A DNA stretch of 64,000 bases. Source: a virus. Taxonomy: Duplodnaviria > Caudoviricetes. This document shows, piece by piece, positions 54,230 to 64,000 of the stretch. A model generated the notes under the pieces. That model made no database searches and was not told the origin of the DNA. It saw only the letters and a program-made list of their open reading frames with translations. Location: positions 32,001-96,000 of the IMG/VR virus record IMGVR_UViG_3300031867_000003. One strand, given 5' to 3'. Made by a program: the position numbers and the translations under genes. Within the stretch, counting starts at the first letter, position 1. The number at the start of each line of letters is the position of its first letter.

Positions 54230-57200
54230 TTATCCTAAATCTATAAGCTTACAAGTTGACGTATTAACAGAAGCGGTAAATTTCATGGTAGTAGTCGTCA
54301 ATGTAATCGTTACTCCGCTACCTGTTGCGGTATTAGTGGCGGCACTCCCCGAAACTCCATGAAATGTGTCTAATTTCATATAAAATGTTTGCCCACATTT
54401 AAATATCCAGGCTCCTCTTGCTGCCGTACCGGACGCGGTATTGTACCAAACTACTAACATATATACATGACTAGCGATTAACGTATACTCGGTGTTTTTT
54501 GTTACGTTCATTACTCCTACAGCTGAGAATCTATTTTCACCGGAATCAAACTAAAAACTATCGGCCAATACTCGGCTACTTACTTGTAGAGTTCCTTTTA
54601 TGTATACACTCGTGTCAAGGGGAGTACTATCATATCGTCCTTGTAGGTTTATATCGGATGCATTTATAGACAATATGCTTTTATGCCCAGAATACATAAT
54701 ATTTTCATATTGATCGATGGTAATTCCGCATGTAGGCCGTATATTTGTATACCCGCCATATGTACCGTCAACTTGTGCTTCCTAAAAATTAGTACCAATA
54801 GCAAGTGTCCTCTGGTATCCGGTTCCGGTGACACGAAGAGCGTTTGCTCTTATACAATCGAAAGATTCCCCTTTCATATTGGAACTTTCCCCCTCGGCAG
54901 GATATCCCTTAATTCTTACAGCCCTGGTAACTGTAATATTATCCGCAGAAGCCGATCTCATCCAAACAGTTCCGCTACGTTGTACGCCGAAAGTATTTCC
55001 TATTGCAAGTCTTATATGCTCATAAGTGCCGATACCAATAGTTCTCGTTATATCTGTACTTCCAAAATAGATACCGGTATCTGCATTATTGTTTCTGGGG
55101 TCTCCGGTATATATACCGCCGGAGTCAATTGTCATACCGCCAATTTTACCGGATGTACTATATAATGCCCCGGCACTCGTAACACCAAAAGTATTGCCGG
55201 ATGTAAATACCCAACCGGATATACTATCAGAGCCGCCGATAGAAGCTTTTGCACTAGAACCCCCGGGAATTAAAAAAGCACTTTTGGTAGCGCCTACTTT
55301 GTCGTTAGTATTAACAACGTATGACAGTTCGCCAGCTTTTATTGTCCAACCGCCAATCTTACCAGAAGTGCTATACATTGCTCCAGTACTTGTTACGCCA
55401 AATGTATTACCCAAGGTTAACGTCCATCCAGATATACTACCTGAACTACCGATGTTCGCCGATCCAGATGAACCTCCAGGAATTAAATATGCACTATTAC
55501 TATGTCCCAAACTATATGTACTATAATGTAAGTCTCCGGTTCCTATTGTCCAACCGCCAATACTGCCTCCCGTCGCAGTGATATCACCGAATATTACCGC
55601 ATTATTAGCATAAACAATTCCGGTGTTATCAATGCCGAAATTACTTCCGACGGAAACTCTTAAACCGGTTATGCTAAGACCATTAATTGTTCTACTAAAG
55701 TCGGTAGTAGACAGTCTTAGCGCTCCACTAGCGGTTGATGTTTTTGTTTTGCTAAATATAGAATCAGCATCAATCGAGAAACCACCAATTTCTCCAGTTG
55801 ACGCATTAATCTCTCCGGACACGGTAACATTTGCCGCATATAAATGACCATCATATGTAACGCCAAAATTTGATCCCGCAGTAATTGCCCAGGTCGAAAT
55901 GCTACTCGACCCGGCAATACTTGCCGGGCTACTCGCGCCGCCAGGTATTAGGAATATTCCGCTCGTTCCTAAAGTAGCACCAGAGGCACTGCTAGAATAA
56001 CCATACAGCTTATTACCTGTAATAATCCAGTTGCCGATTCTGCCCGCCGTGCTGTATATTCTACCTACGTTATCCACGCCGAAACTATTATCAATTGCAA
56101 TTGCCCATGTATTATCTATTGATCCACCAACATTGGCATTTTCAACATAATATCCTGACGGGCTTAAAATCATGCTCCTGCTAGAGCCTAAATTCCCTTT
56201 TTTTATATAATTAGAAGAAATGTCCCAGCCTGCAATTTTACCATATGACACATATAGCCCACCGTCGGTATTTACACCAAATGTATTGCGTGAAGTAATT
56301 ACCCATCCGTCCTTTGTAGCGTCAGAGCCTCCTATTGCTGCTTTTCCGGCATTGCCAATTCCCATGTCATTGCTTGATCCGCCTGGAATAAGATAGACGC
56401 TGCCGTTCTATGAATCGGCGAAATTGCCGTACGACAACATTTTTTCGGAGATTGTCCAACCGCCAATCAATCCTTCATTTGCCACTATATAGCCTTCTAT
56501 CCATGAATTGCCTTTAGTGTATAAACCCCATTGATAATCTAATAACGCATCATTTCCGGTTGTTTTATCTTTATATTTTAATTTTCCGAGATTGCCCATT
56601 CGCGCAACAGGAGAGACATCCCTGCCGCCATACACATCAATATATGATAATTTATTATCTCCGTAGGAAGTTAATATCAATCCGACAGGATATGTAGTTT
56701 CGCCCTATACTCCGGTTGGGCAGACTTGATACATCATTATTGCAAATTCATTTAAAACATCTGTTCGATATTGGACCCCCTATGTTAATCTGGAAGCGTT
56801 TTCGATAGTCGCCTTTATTTGCATTGTATGATTGCCGACATTAATAGCAGTAATCATTCCGTCACTCGCACCTAGCACACAAGTATCAATTTTTCCGGAT
56901 AATCTCACTTTTGAACCAACTCGCCAGTCCGCGCCACAAGCCGTCCAATAATTCTGCTGTGTGGAAGAACCGGTGTTGTCTACAATATTAGTTTCATCAT
57001 GTACCGTCAAGGTTACCGTTTTTCCGCTAATAATATTTACCGTAACATCTGTAACGCTACTCTAATATATGGTCGGAGCGACAAGTAATGTACCGCCGAG
57101 ATTTTGCATTGTCATATGTTCACCGAGTGATGTCCATCGGAGATTGCCAATTATATCCACGTCGCCGTCTATTGTTACTTTGTCACCAAAGTTCGACGTG

Positions 57201-57544
57201 TTGTTAACTACTAAATTCTTTGCTTCAATCGTTTCCGGAATTTTTACATTATTCTACAGGTTTAGCCAATATTTATTATTAACAGTGTCTTGTGTTTCAA
57301 ATATTCTACTGGTCATTGCACTATTATTTTTATAATGAAAATCTATTTTTGGGGCGTTATTATATATTCCTATGCCACCGTAAAAATTTGTATTTCCATT
57401 CAACTTGGCATTCCCCGATACGTCCAAATCGGCAACGTCCAAATCATTTATTGTTGTCGTACCGCTTACGGCAATATCATCAAAATATGCCTTTTGTAAA
57501 AATCGCGAAGCACCATTAACAATTAAATTCTTTAGAATAGCCAT
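54230..57544 (-). CDS. tail fibre/spike-like protein of about 1100 aa (in-frame TAGs)
   Basis: Five ORF-track fragments share one frame and are separated by TAG. Repeats of G.IGGWTI...FGV...G.LY. Confidence 0.78.
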
Positions 57545-57577
57545 ATAATCCCCCTTTCTCCCTTAGGAGAGGGGAAA

Positions 57578-58078
57578 TTATTCCCGCTCTCCAAGAATTG
57601 CATCAATCATATTAAGTGTGTCGAAGCCGATGCGTTCGTCAATAGTGTCAATATAATCATCAATGTTAACTCCGTTATATTCGTATGTGTTTTGTTCCTT
57701 AAGGATTTCATCAAGTCGAGCATTAAGATCAGAAATTGCCTTCTGATATTCCTCAAGGTACTCATCTTTAACCTGAAGACCGTCTTTCATAACTTCGTTA
57801 CCGTCATCATCCACAACCGGATTGCCGGCTTCGTCAAGTTCCGGTAGCATTGTCTTGTTGGCATGAGTTTCATCAAAGTATACGTCGCGGATTTTCTGGA
57901 GTTCCGCATCTCTGAACTCCTCATACGCCTTTGTATCGCCACTCATTTTTTCAATAGCGCGTTTCAGATTCCACTTAATTTTGAGCGGAAGTTTATCCAT
58001 AGTTTCTTTATTATTAACAAGTTGGTTATAAAATGCTACACAGTTAACAGCCTCAACAACATACAAATTTTTCTTCAT
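57578..58078 (-). CDS. hypothetical tail-region protein
   Basis: Acidic 166-aa ORF with SD AAGGAG. Confidence 0.7.
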   Translation of the reverse strand: MKKNLYVVEAVNCVAFYNQLVNNKETMDKLPLKIKWNLKRAIEKMSGDTKAYEEFRDAELQKIRDVYFDETHANKTMLPELDEAGNPVVDDDGNEVMKDGLQVKDEYLEEYQKAISDLNARLDEILKEQNTYEYNGVNIDDYIDTIDERIGFDTLNMIDAILGERE

Positions 58079-58149
58079 AATTATAATTCTCCTTTTCTTC
58101 ATAAATTTACATTCACATAATAATTAATCAATCAATCATCACTCAATCA

Positions 58150-59007
58150 TCACTCAGTTGTTTCGTCTCCATAGACGATATTCATAAATTCATCAATAGC
58201 AGCACTGCCGTCACCACCACCTTGTCCCGGAGTAGTTCCGATGTGTGGAAGGTTTGCAATCGCCGCACTATACAGTTCGGTATATTTTTCACTAGTCGCG
58301 GAATCAAAATCCATAGCAAATGAATAGCCGGCAACTTCATCCTTGGTAGTAGCACCGTTAATCAGTTCCTTCACTAGGGTAAGCCGGATATTATTAGCGT
58401 TAACAAACTGTTGCATAGCAAGATATACCTTCATAAAATCATCAACCGAGTAGTTAACTCCGTCATACGGCACAGTAGTAATTTTTCCATCACTGGAGAT
58501 AATCACACTATATAAGTTCATAATAGCCATCTGAGAATCCGGACTCATCGAGAACAGTTTAGATCCGGTAGATAATTCCGCATGAACTCCGGTCGTGACA
58601 GTATCGAGATAGTCCGCTTCCGCACGTTTAAGGTAGTAATCCTTTACCTCGGCAAGCGTCATGGTTTCGGGATCGACTACCGGGTTCACGACTTGATCGA
58701 TTCGTTCAATAATCTCCATGAGGTTCGCCTTAGTCAGTGCAACACTCATAGTTTCGGCGAATTTGCCTTCGCCCTCTACATACATACGTCCCAGATACGA
58801 TATCTGAGAGAACCCGTCAAAACACGTAAATGAACCGACTACCGTACCGTCCATATAGATATCGAGGCGCTTAATGTCGGTAAACGCGGATTTCACTGCT
58901 TCAAAATCGGAGCTCTGAACATACAGCACCATATCATTTTTAAACATATTGGAATCCCAACGGGATAATCTGAACGTTGTATTATTAACTCTAGCAGTAA
59001 TAATCAT
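58150..59007 (-). CDS. tail-fibre assembly-like protein
   Basis: MIITARVNN... Position next to the tail fibre and a helical C-terminal domain. Confidence 0.55.
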   Translation of the reverse strand: MIITARVNNTTFRLSRWDSNMFKNDMVLYVQSSDFEAVKSAFTDIKRLDIYMDGTVVGSFTCFDGFSQISYLGRMYVEGEGKFAETMSVALTKANLMEIIERIDQVVNPVVDPETMTLAEVKDYYLKRAEADYLDTVTTGVHAELSTGSKLFSMSPDSQMAIMNLYSVIISSDGKITTVPYDGVNYSVDDFMKVYLAMQQFVNANNIRLTLVKELINGATTKDEVAGYSFAMDFDSATSEKYTELYSAAIANLPHIGTTPGQGGGDGSAAIDEFMNIVYGDETTE

Positions 59008-59008
59008 A

Positions 59009-59689
59009 TTATTCCACCACCTTCCAGCCGGCTGGATATGCTGCCGGACTCCAAACATTGTTGTCGATTGTCGATTCGTAAACAACACCTTCAAAAGTTA
59101 CTTTGTCGCCGGTCATATACGGATTGCCGGCATCGGGCTGTGTCCACTCGGGAATTTCTTCAGTCGGTTCCGGAGTGGGTTCCGGTTCTGGTTCGGGATC
59201 GGGTGTAGGTTCTGGATCTGGAGTTGGTTCCGGAGTCGGCTCGTCGCCACCCTCATCCTCAACAACTTCAAAGTAGTTACCGACTAACGAAGCAGCAGCA
59301 GCATAGAGCGGTTGACCACTGTCTCTCAGACACAAATAAAGGATTCCGTCCTCAGTGTAATAAAGATCCTTGACCACCGTGAGATTTTCATTATACGGAA
59401 TCGGGTCATCAATAGCGCCGCTATGAATTTCGTCAATGCGCTCCCACAGAGAAGCAGTAGCGGTGGACGGTTCCCAACCGGTTTGGCTCGTGTGAGCCTG
59501 ACGGCACTTCCACAGTTCGACCTCTTCGCCGGGTTTATAGCTAACACGTTTGCCTACTTCGTAATCAGTATCTGGTTTCCACCGTTCAACAAATGTTGCA
59601 ACAGACAATGCTGTCTGATCATCAAGAGTTTCAGTTACATATTCGAGGAGCTTGCGAAGTTCCTTTGCTTTAGCTGTAATATTACTCAT
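59009..59689 (-). CDS. carbohydrate-binding (CBM5/12-like) domain protein with Pro-Glu-Thr linker
   Basis: WKPDTDYEVGKRV...CRQAHTSQ..WEP, EPTPEPTPDPEP repeats and Y.TGDKV...NVWSP..YPAGW. Confidence 0.75.
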   Translation of the reverse strand: MSNITAKAKELRKLLEYVTETLDDQTALSVATFVERWKPDTDYEVGKRVSYKPGEEVELWKCRQAHTSQTGWEPSTATASLWERIDEIHSGAIDDPIPYNENLTVVKDLYYTEDGILYLCLRDSGQPLYAAAASLVGNYFEVVEDEGGDEPTPEPTPDPEPTPDPEPEPEPTPEPTEEIPEWTQPDAGNPYMTGDKVTFEGVVYESTIDNNVWSPAAYPAGWKVVE

Positions 59690-59876
59690 AGTCATCTTCC
59701 TCCTTTGTTTGGTCTAAATCTCCCATAATGGTATTAGTGAACATGTTTAATTCATCTGCCTGTTTTGCAACAAGCTATTTTAATTCTTCATTTTCAGCCC
59801 TTAGATTTAACATCATTACACGTTCCTTCGGCGACATTGTTCTGGGCTGATAAAAAATCTTTCCGTTGCTACTCAT
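59682..59876 (-). CDS. small coiled-coil protein (1 in-frame TAG)
   Basis: MSSNGKIFYQPRTMSPKERV... open under code 15. Confidence 0.55.
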
Positions 59877-60906
59877 AATATTTCATCCTTTCATCATACC
59901 AATGTTGTAACTTTGTTATTAGCTAATGATTATTTCCCTTGCTCATAAATGACAATCTCGCGGTTTTACTATCCTCTATACATTGTTTCGTCCGTTCGCC
60001 TTTGGCGTACATTTTCATTAGCTTTTTCAGAATATATTTAAACTCCCTAACCGATTGACTTCGCGGGAACTATAACACCTTGCCCGTGTCAGTCACTCTC
60101 CACTAAAATCCTATGAACTCAATTCCTTTGGCTAGAGTAGTAATATGTGTCTTGTCTTCATGAGGAGTTAAACATAATTTATCCAATTCTTTTGTGATCT
60201 CATCCAGACAATACTTTAAATATTCTTTATCCTCATGAATCAGAACCATGTCATCCATAACACGAATATAATCTTTGATATGAAGTTTCTCTTTAATAAA
60301 ATGATCGAGACCGTCAAGCAGACTTATACCGGCAATTTGTACCATTTGACTTCCCGGATTATATCCGGTATCACCTTCATACTATGCGTCGAGAATTTGC
60401 GCCACAATTTCATACGCATCCGGTTCTAATTTTTTACGAAACATTTCCTTTACAATATTATGCTTCATTGACGGATAATATTTCTTTATATCAATTTGCA
60501 AAATATACCCGTCGGTTCCATGGTTAATGTAAAAGCGTCGAAGTTGCTTGCGGAATAAATCCAAGCAATAATCTATTCCTTTACCTATTTGACATGCGCC
60601 ATTCTCTTTAATAAACGATTTTGACATTGTCGGATATAATATCTTGTCATTAAGTGTTCTCTGCCAGACTCTGTCTCGATATGATATTGCCAAGATATCT
60701 CTTGGTTTTGGTTTTGTTACCTAGAAAGAAACAGGAGCTTGAGACTTATATTCACCACTTTTCAGTTCATTGGAAAGCTATAGGATTTCTTCAAATCCGT
60801 GGAGTGAAAATCTCGCAACAGAGTCCTTCCATATGACTCCTTGTTGCGCTTTTAAATGACTTTCATATAAAGCCTCAAAACTCATGACTTCTTCGATTGC
60901 ATTCAT
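59794..60906 (-). CDS. DGR reverse transcriptase (in-frame TAGs)
   Basis: KPRDI, RDRVWQ, GKG, DIKKYY, GYNPGSQ, YIRVMDD and IEFIGF motifs in one frame under code 15. Confidence 0.9.
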
Positions 60907-61082
60907 AAATACAACCTCCTTTTTCTTGCTGTAATAGTGCGGCCGGTTCACCGACAACACATCAGCAAAATATTGTTTAGTATGGGAGTACCGCACCCAC
61001 ACAGGGTTATAAACTCCTTGCAACCGGGATTCTTCATTCTGCGACATATACGCATGTATTTTTATAAAATCCCGTCTCCAAT

Positions 61083-61184
61083 CGACAGCGAGGCGATTAG
61101 CGTTGTTCGGGTTATTGTTGTTCACATTACCAGACGAGTTCACATTACCCTCGTTATTGTTCCCGAGCCATGCCGAGCGAACCC
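61083..61184 (-). repeat. DGR template repeat (TR)
   Basis: 102-nt AAC/AAT-rich copy of the VR. Confidence 0.93.
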
Positions 61185-61220
61185 GCCCCAGCACATTAAT
61201 AGCTTATAACCCAAATATAA

Positions 61221-61670
61221 TTATTTTAAGTTCTTGTACCTCTTGTAGTCATTGTCTTTCCATCGTTGTAACTGATTGCGCACCAGAACTGTTTGCTGCG
61301 TCCAATAAGTATACCGTTTTGGCGGTAGGTGAAAAATTGGTGCGCTCAGTTCTATAAGTGCAAGAAGTTCATTGCATTTTGAAGTACTTTTGTCTTGCAA
61401 ATTTCTTCTATGCCGATAATTATTCTTATTCAGAAACGTGGAGTTTGCAGAATATGCACTCATATATAAATCCAGTACCGTTTCGCGGATCTTTGCGACC
61501 AGTTCCGGCTGTGGTGGATTTTTCTTATCCTTTTCTGCGTCACCACAAGGTACAACCTTAAAATTATTGTTGTTCTATAAAATCGTCAGAGTATAAACGC
61601 ATAATTTTTTCGCGTTTATCAAACCTTCAAGTTGCGATTCGTTACGTTGTTCCTTAGGTACATTTGACAT
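61221..61670 (-). CDS. avd: DGR accessory variability determinant (Avd-like), 1 in-frame TAG
   Basis: MSNVPKEQRNESQLE... 149-aa basic helical protein between target and TR. Confidence 0.75.
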
Positions 61671-61700
61671 TGTTTTAGTCCTCCTTTTATTCCTAGAAAA

Positions 61701-61724
61701 ATAGGCACTCTTACGAGCGCCTAT
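61701..61724 (-). promoter_or_regulatory. hairpin downstream of the VR (DGR homing hairpin or terminator)
   Basis: ATAGGCGCTC-GTAA-GAGTGCCTAT on the minus strand. Confidence 0.65.
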
Positions 61725-61737
61725 TAATGATTATTGA

Positions 61738-63237
61738 TTATATAATTGCGCAAGCGACAGCGAGGCGAATAGCGTAGTACGGGTAATTGCCGTTCACATA
61801 ACCAGACGAGTACACAAAACCCTCGAAAACGCTCCCGAGCCAAGCCGAGCGAACCCAATATGTTTGTGCAGAAGTAGTAGCATTTACCTAATATTTTTTT
61901 AACACCTCATATGTTCCGCTTGCCACGGTCTCTTCACTTTCAAGCAGTTCTTTATAATACTGGAACGGAGTCCCGTCCACCGTTGATATATTAGTAGCAT
62001 TCTTCAAATTCATTTCATGATGTGACGGCATCCAGAATTTATCATATGTATAATCAGTTCCACCGCCCATATAATTAGGCTCTTTTGTGGTAATCTTAAT
62101 CGGATGAATAGCGTTAACCAGATCACTGGATATATAGCTCTCAAATCCTAATTTATTATCATATCCGCTCGGCATTACATCACATTCGTGTTGTGCTTGC
62201 CACCATCCAGTTCCGGAATTATTTAGGTATTGCCTAGCACAACTATACTTCCAACTATTTGTTCCATAGCGAATAGCGTTAACCTAGTTCCATAATGTTA
62301 CAAACACCTTGTCATAATCTTCGTATGGAATAGTATCACCGACACTCAGATTAAGCGCGGTATATACGGTACCTTCTGCCGTATATCCATAGTAATAATG
62401 ACCGGCAGACGCTGTTTGCTCAGTAGCTTCAGTTTGTTCCGGCGCGTCAAATATCACTGTATCATGGTTTAAATATTCCATTATGAGAATTGGCACATTA
62501 TCGTAAGTTGTGCCGTCCTAAAGTTCCACTGTCTAAAAATCTGCCACAATCCACGGATTGGCATATTCAGTAGTACCAATTGTATACGTGTCGTTAATTA
62601 CGTCACCTACATTAAAATATTCATTTGCCCTACCGGTTTTTGCCACTTGTATCATCTTTTCCCAGGTGTCGGGAATAATATCCGCAACCGTTACCGGCTA
62701 AATAGCAGTCAGAACATACGGCTCTGTCCCGGTATATGTAAGAGTTACGTTTTGTGAACCCAGCGTTGACAGAATTGCAGGAGTAGCTGTATATTCGTTA
62801 TCCGATAAAATTCGTGTTTCACCGGTACTCCAAATCAGGGTTACTACCATACCGGTTTTATCAAATGTATTTCCGACTTCATATTCGGTTTGCGTTGGCG
62901 GAGTAGTCACAGTGATTGCGGTAGGGTAGGAGATATCCGGCAACTCAGCCACGCCATTATTTACCACGCTTACTCCACCAATTGTTACGTCCGAAATAGT
63001 TCCGTCCTATATAGCCTATATAGCATCACCCGTAGCCTTAGCATCGGCAGCTTGCCCGGTAGTACTCAGTGTAGCGTCAATATCTGGTGCTAAATTATTA
63101 ATTAACGTTTTAAGAACGGCACCGGTTACTTTCCGGCTGCCGCTCGTTGTTTCTATCATAAACACATCCGCATCATTAATTGTCGAGGCGGCTGTGAGAT
63201 TAGTTATCTTTTTTACTCCGTTTACCTTAATAGACAA
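61738..63237 (-). CDS. DGR target protein: Ig-like domain plus C-terminal CLec-like variable domain (in-frame TAGs)
   Basis: Four ORF fragments share one frame. TPPTQTEYEVGNTFDKTGM (Ig-like) and YWVRSAW...RLAVACAII C-terminus. Confidence 0.85.
61755..61856 (-). repeat. DGR variable repeat (VR)
   Basis: 16 mismatches to the TR, all at TR adenines. Confidence 0.93.
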
Positions 63238-64000
63238 TAAAATCATCCTCCTCTCCAATTGCGTATCCGTCGTCGGTTACGATAATAAAATTGTCATTTG
63301 ATGTGATGGGTGATGAGGGTACATGTTGATATGCGTCATCATTGTGTTTCCAGTAGGTTATTTCTACATCGGAGTTTGAATTGCTCCAGATGGTATTTGC
63401 GCCACGTAGGGTGGTGAGAGTTTGGGGGTCGATGGGGTAGACCGTCGGCGAATATACCTCACGAACAAGTTGAATATTATTATCAATAAACCATTGTCTT
63501 GCTGTATCTGCTGTTAAGGGTGTTTCAGAATGAATAAGAGTATGAAATCTATTAGATTGATTGAGTAATACATAATCTAATTCGTATCCAATCTCTAATG
63601 TACTAGACTTCTTATATCCGTATGATAATTTTGAACACATACTATTATTTGAAGATCCATATCCTTTTCCACCAACTCCACCAAATCCAACTTCATAGTA
63701 TCCATTACCTAAATCATTAAAAAGGTTTGTTTTGTTTAAATAAACATACTCTTTCCATGTTTCCACAATCTCCCCATTAATCAAATCCACATATCCGCCA
63801 TAGATTGTTTTAGGAAATGGAATAGTGATAAATGTACCGCTTGTATCATAAGGTGTAGGAGATGAACCATATTCAAGCTGTAATTCAATGCCCTTAGTTG
63901 TATTATGATATTCACATCTCCAATAATATGCATCTTCTTTTAATGTGAATGACCTATAAAATCGTCCTGGAGTGTATTGAGATGTCCATGTCATAGTCCA
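63227..64000 (-). CDS. C-terminal part of a tail-associated protein (truncated by the window)
   Basis: LQLEYGSSPTPY, YGGYVDL..G and TTLRGANTIWS motifs of minor tail proteins. Confidence 0.7.
   Translation of the reverse strand, partial: WTMTWTSQYTPGRFYRSFTLKEDAYYWRCEYHNTTKGIELQLEYGSSPTPYDTSGTFITIPFPKTIYGGYVDLINGEIVETWKEYVYLNKTNLFNDLGNGYYEVGFGGVGGKGYGSSNNSMCSKLSYGYKKSSTLEIGYELDYVLLNQSNRFHTLIHSETPLTADTARQWFIDNNIQLVREVYSPTVYPIDPQTLTTLRGANTIWSNSNSDVEITYWKHNDDAYQHVPSSPITSNDNFIIVTDDGYAIGEEDDFIVY

Noticed and set aside
59160-59245. Short tandem repeats
   Set aside because: They encode a Pro-Glu-Thr linker within a CDS and are not a CRISPR array or regulatory repeat.
60778-61194. 138-aa Asn-rich ORF
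   Set aside because: The first part is the DGR template repeat. The real RT starts at 60906.
51306-63237. Late genes as a decayed prophage full of pseudogenes
   Set aside because: All interruptions I traced are in-frame TAG with no frameshifts, TAA or TGA, which fits recoding.

Overview
This window is part of a large, AT-rich temperate tailed-phage genome. Its host is probably an anaerobic Firmicute, judged from sigma-A type promoters, strong SD sequences and a class III ribonucleotide reductase. The + strand from 1 to 50.7 kb carries early, replication and accessory genes: a DnaE-like C-terminus, C5 and MT-A70 methyltransferases, a PARP with macrodomains, Thg1, LigA, NrdD/NrdG, dUTPase, a tyrosine integrase and dozens of small ORFs. 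An attP-like site containing the 5' part of tRNA-Pro(GGG) follows at about 50.9 kb. The - strand from 51 to 64 kb carries lysis and tail genes. These look fragmented in the ORF track but join into long ORFs if TAG is read as Gln (genetic code 15). Main highlights: (1) A C5 DNA methyltransferase is split into an N-terminal catalytic gene, about 11 separately encoded target-recognition-domain (TRD)-like mini-genes and a C-terminal motif IX/X gene, and three mini-genes are frameshifted at poly-G tracts. (2) A Cas12f-like nuclease sits beside a type II-style array (36-nt repeats, 30-nt spacers) with an adjacent tracrRNA candidate and no cas1/cas2. (3) About 15 copies of a palindromic ATRAAA-N6-TTTBAT site mark gene junctions in the small-ORF region, resembling a cassette array. 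(4) Two expanded tRNA-like RNAs share one acceptor stem. (5) A complete DGR diversifies a tail-associated protein. (6) IscB and TnpB elements are also present. All calls come from manual reading; no database searches were run.
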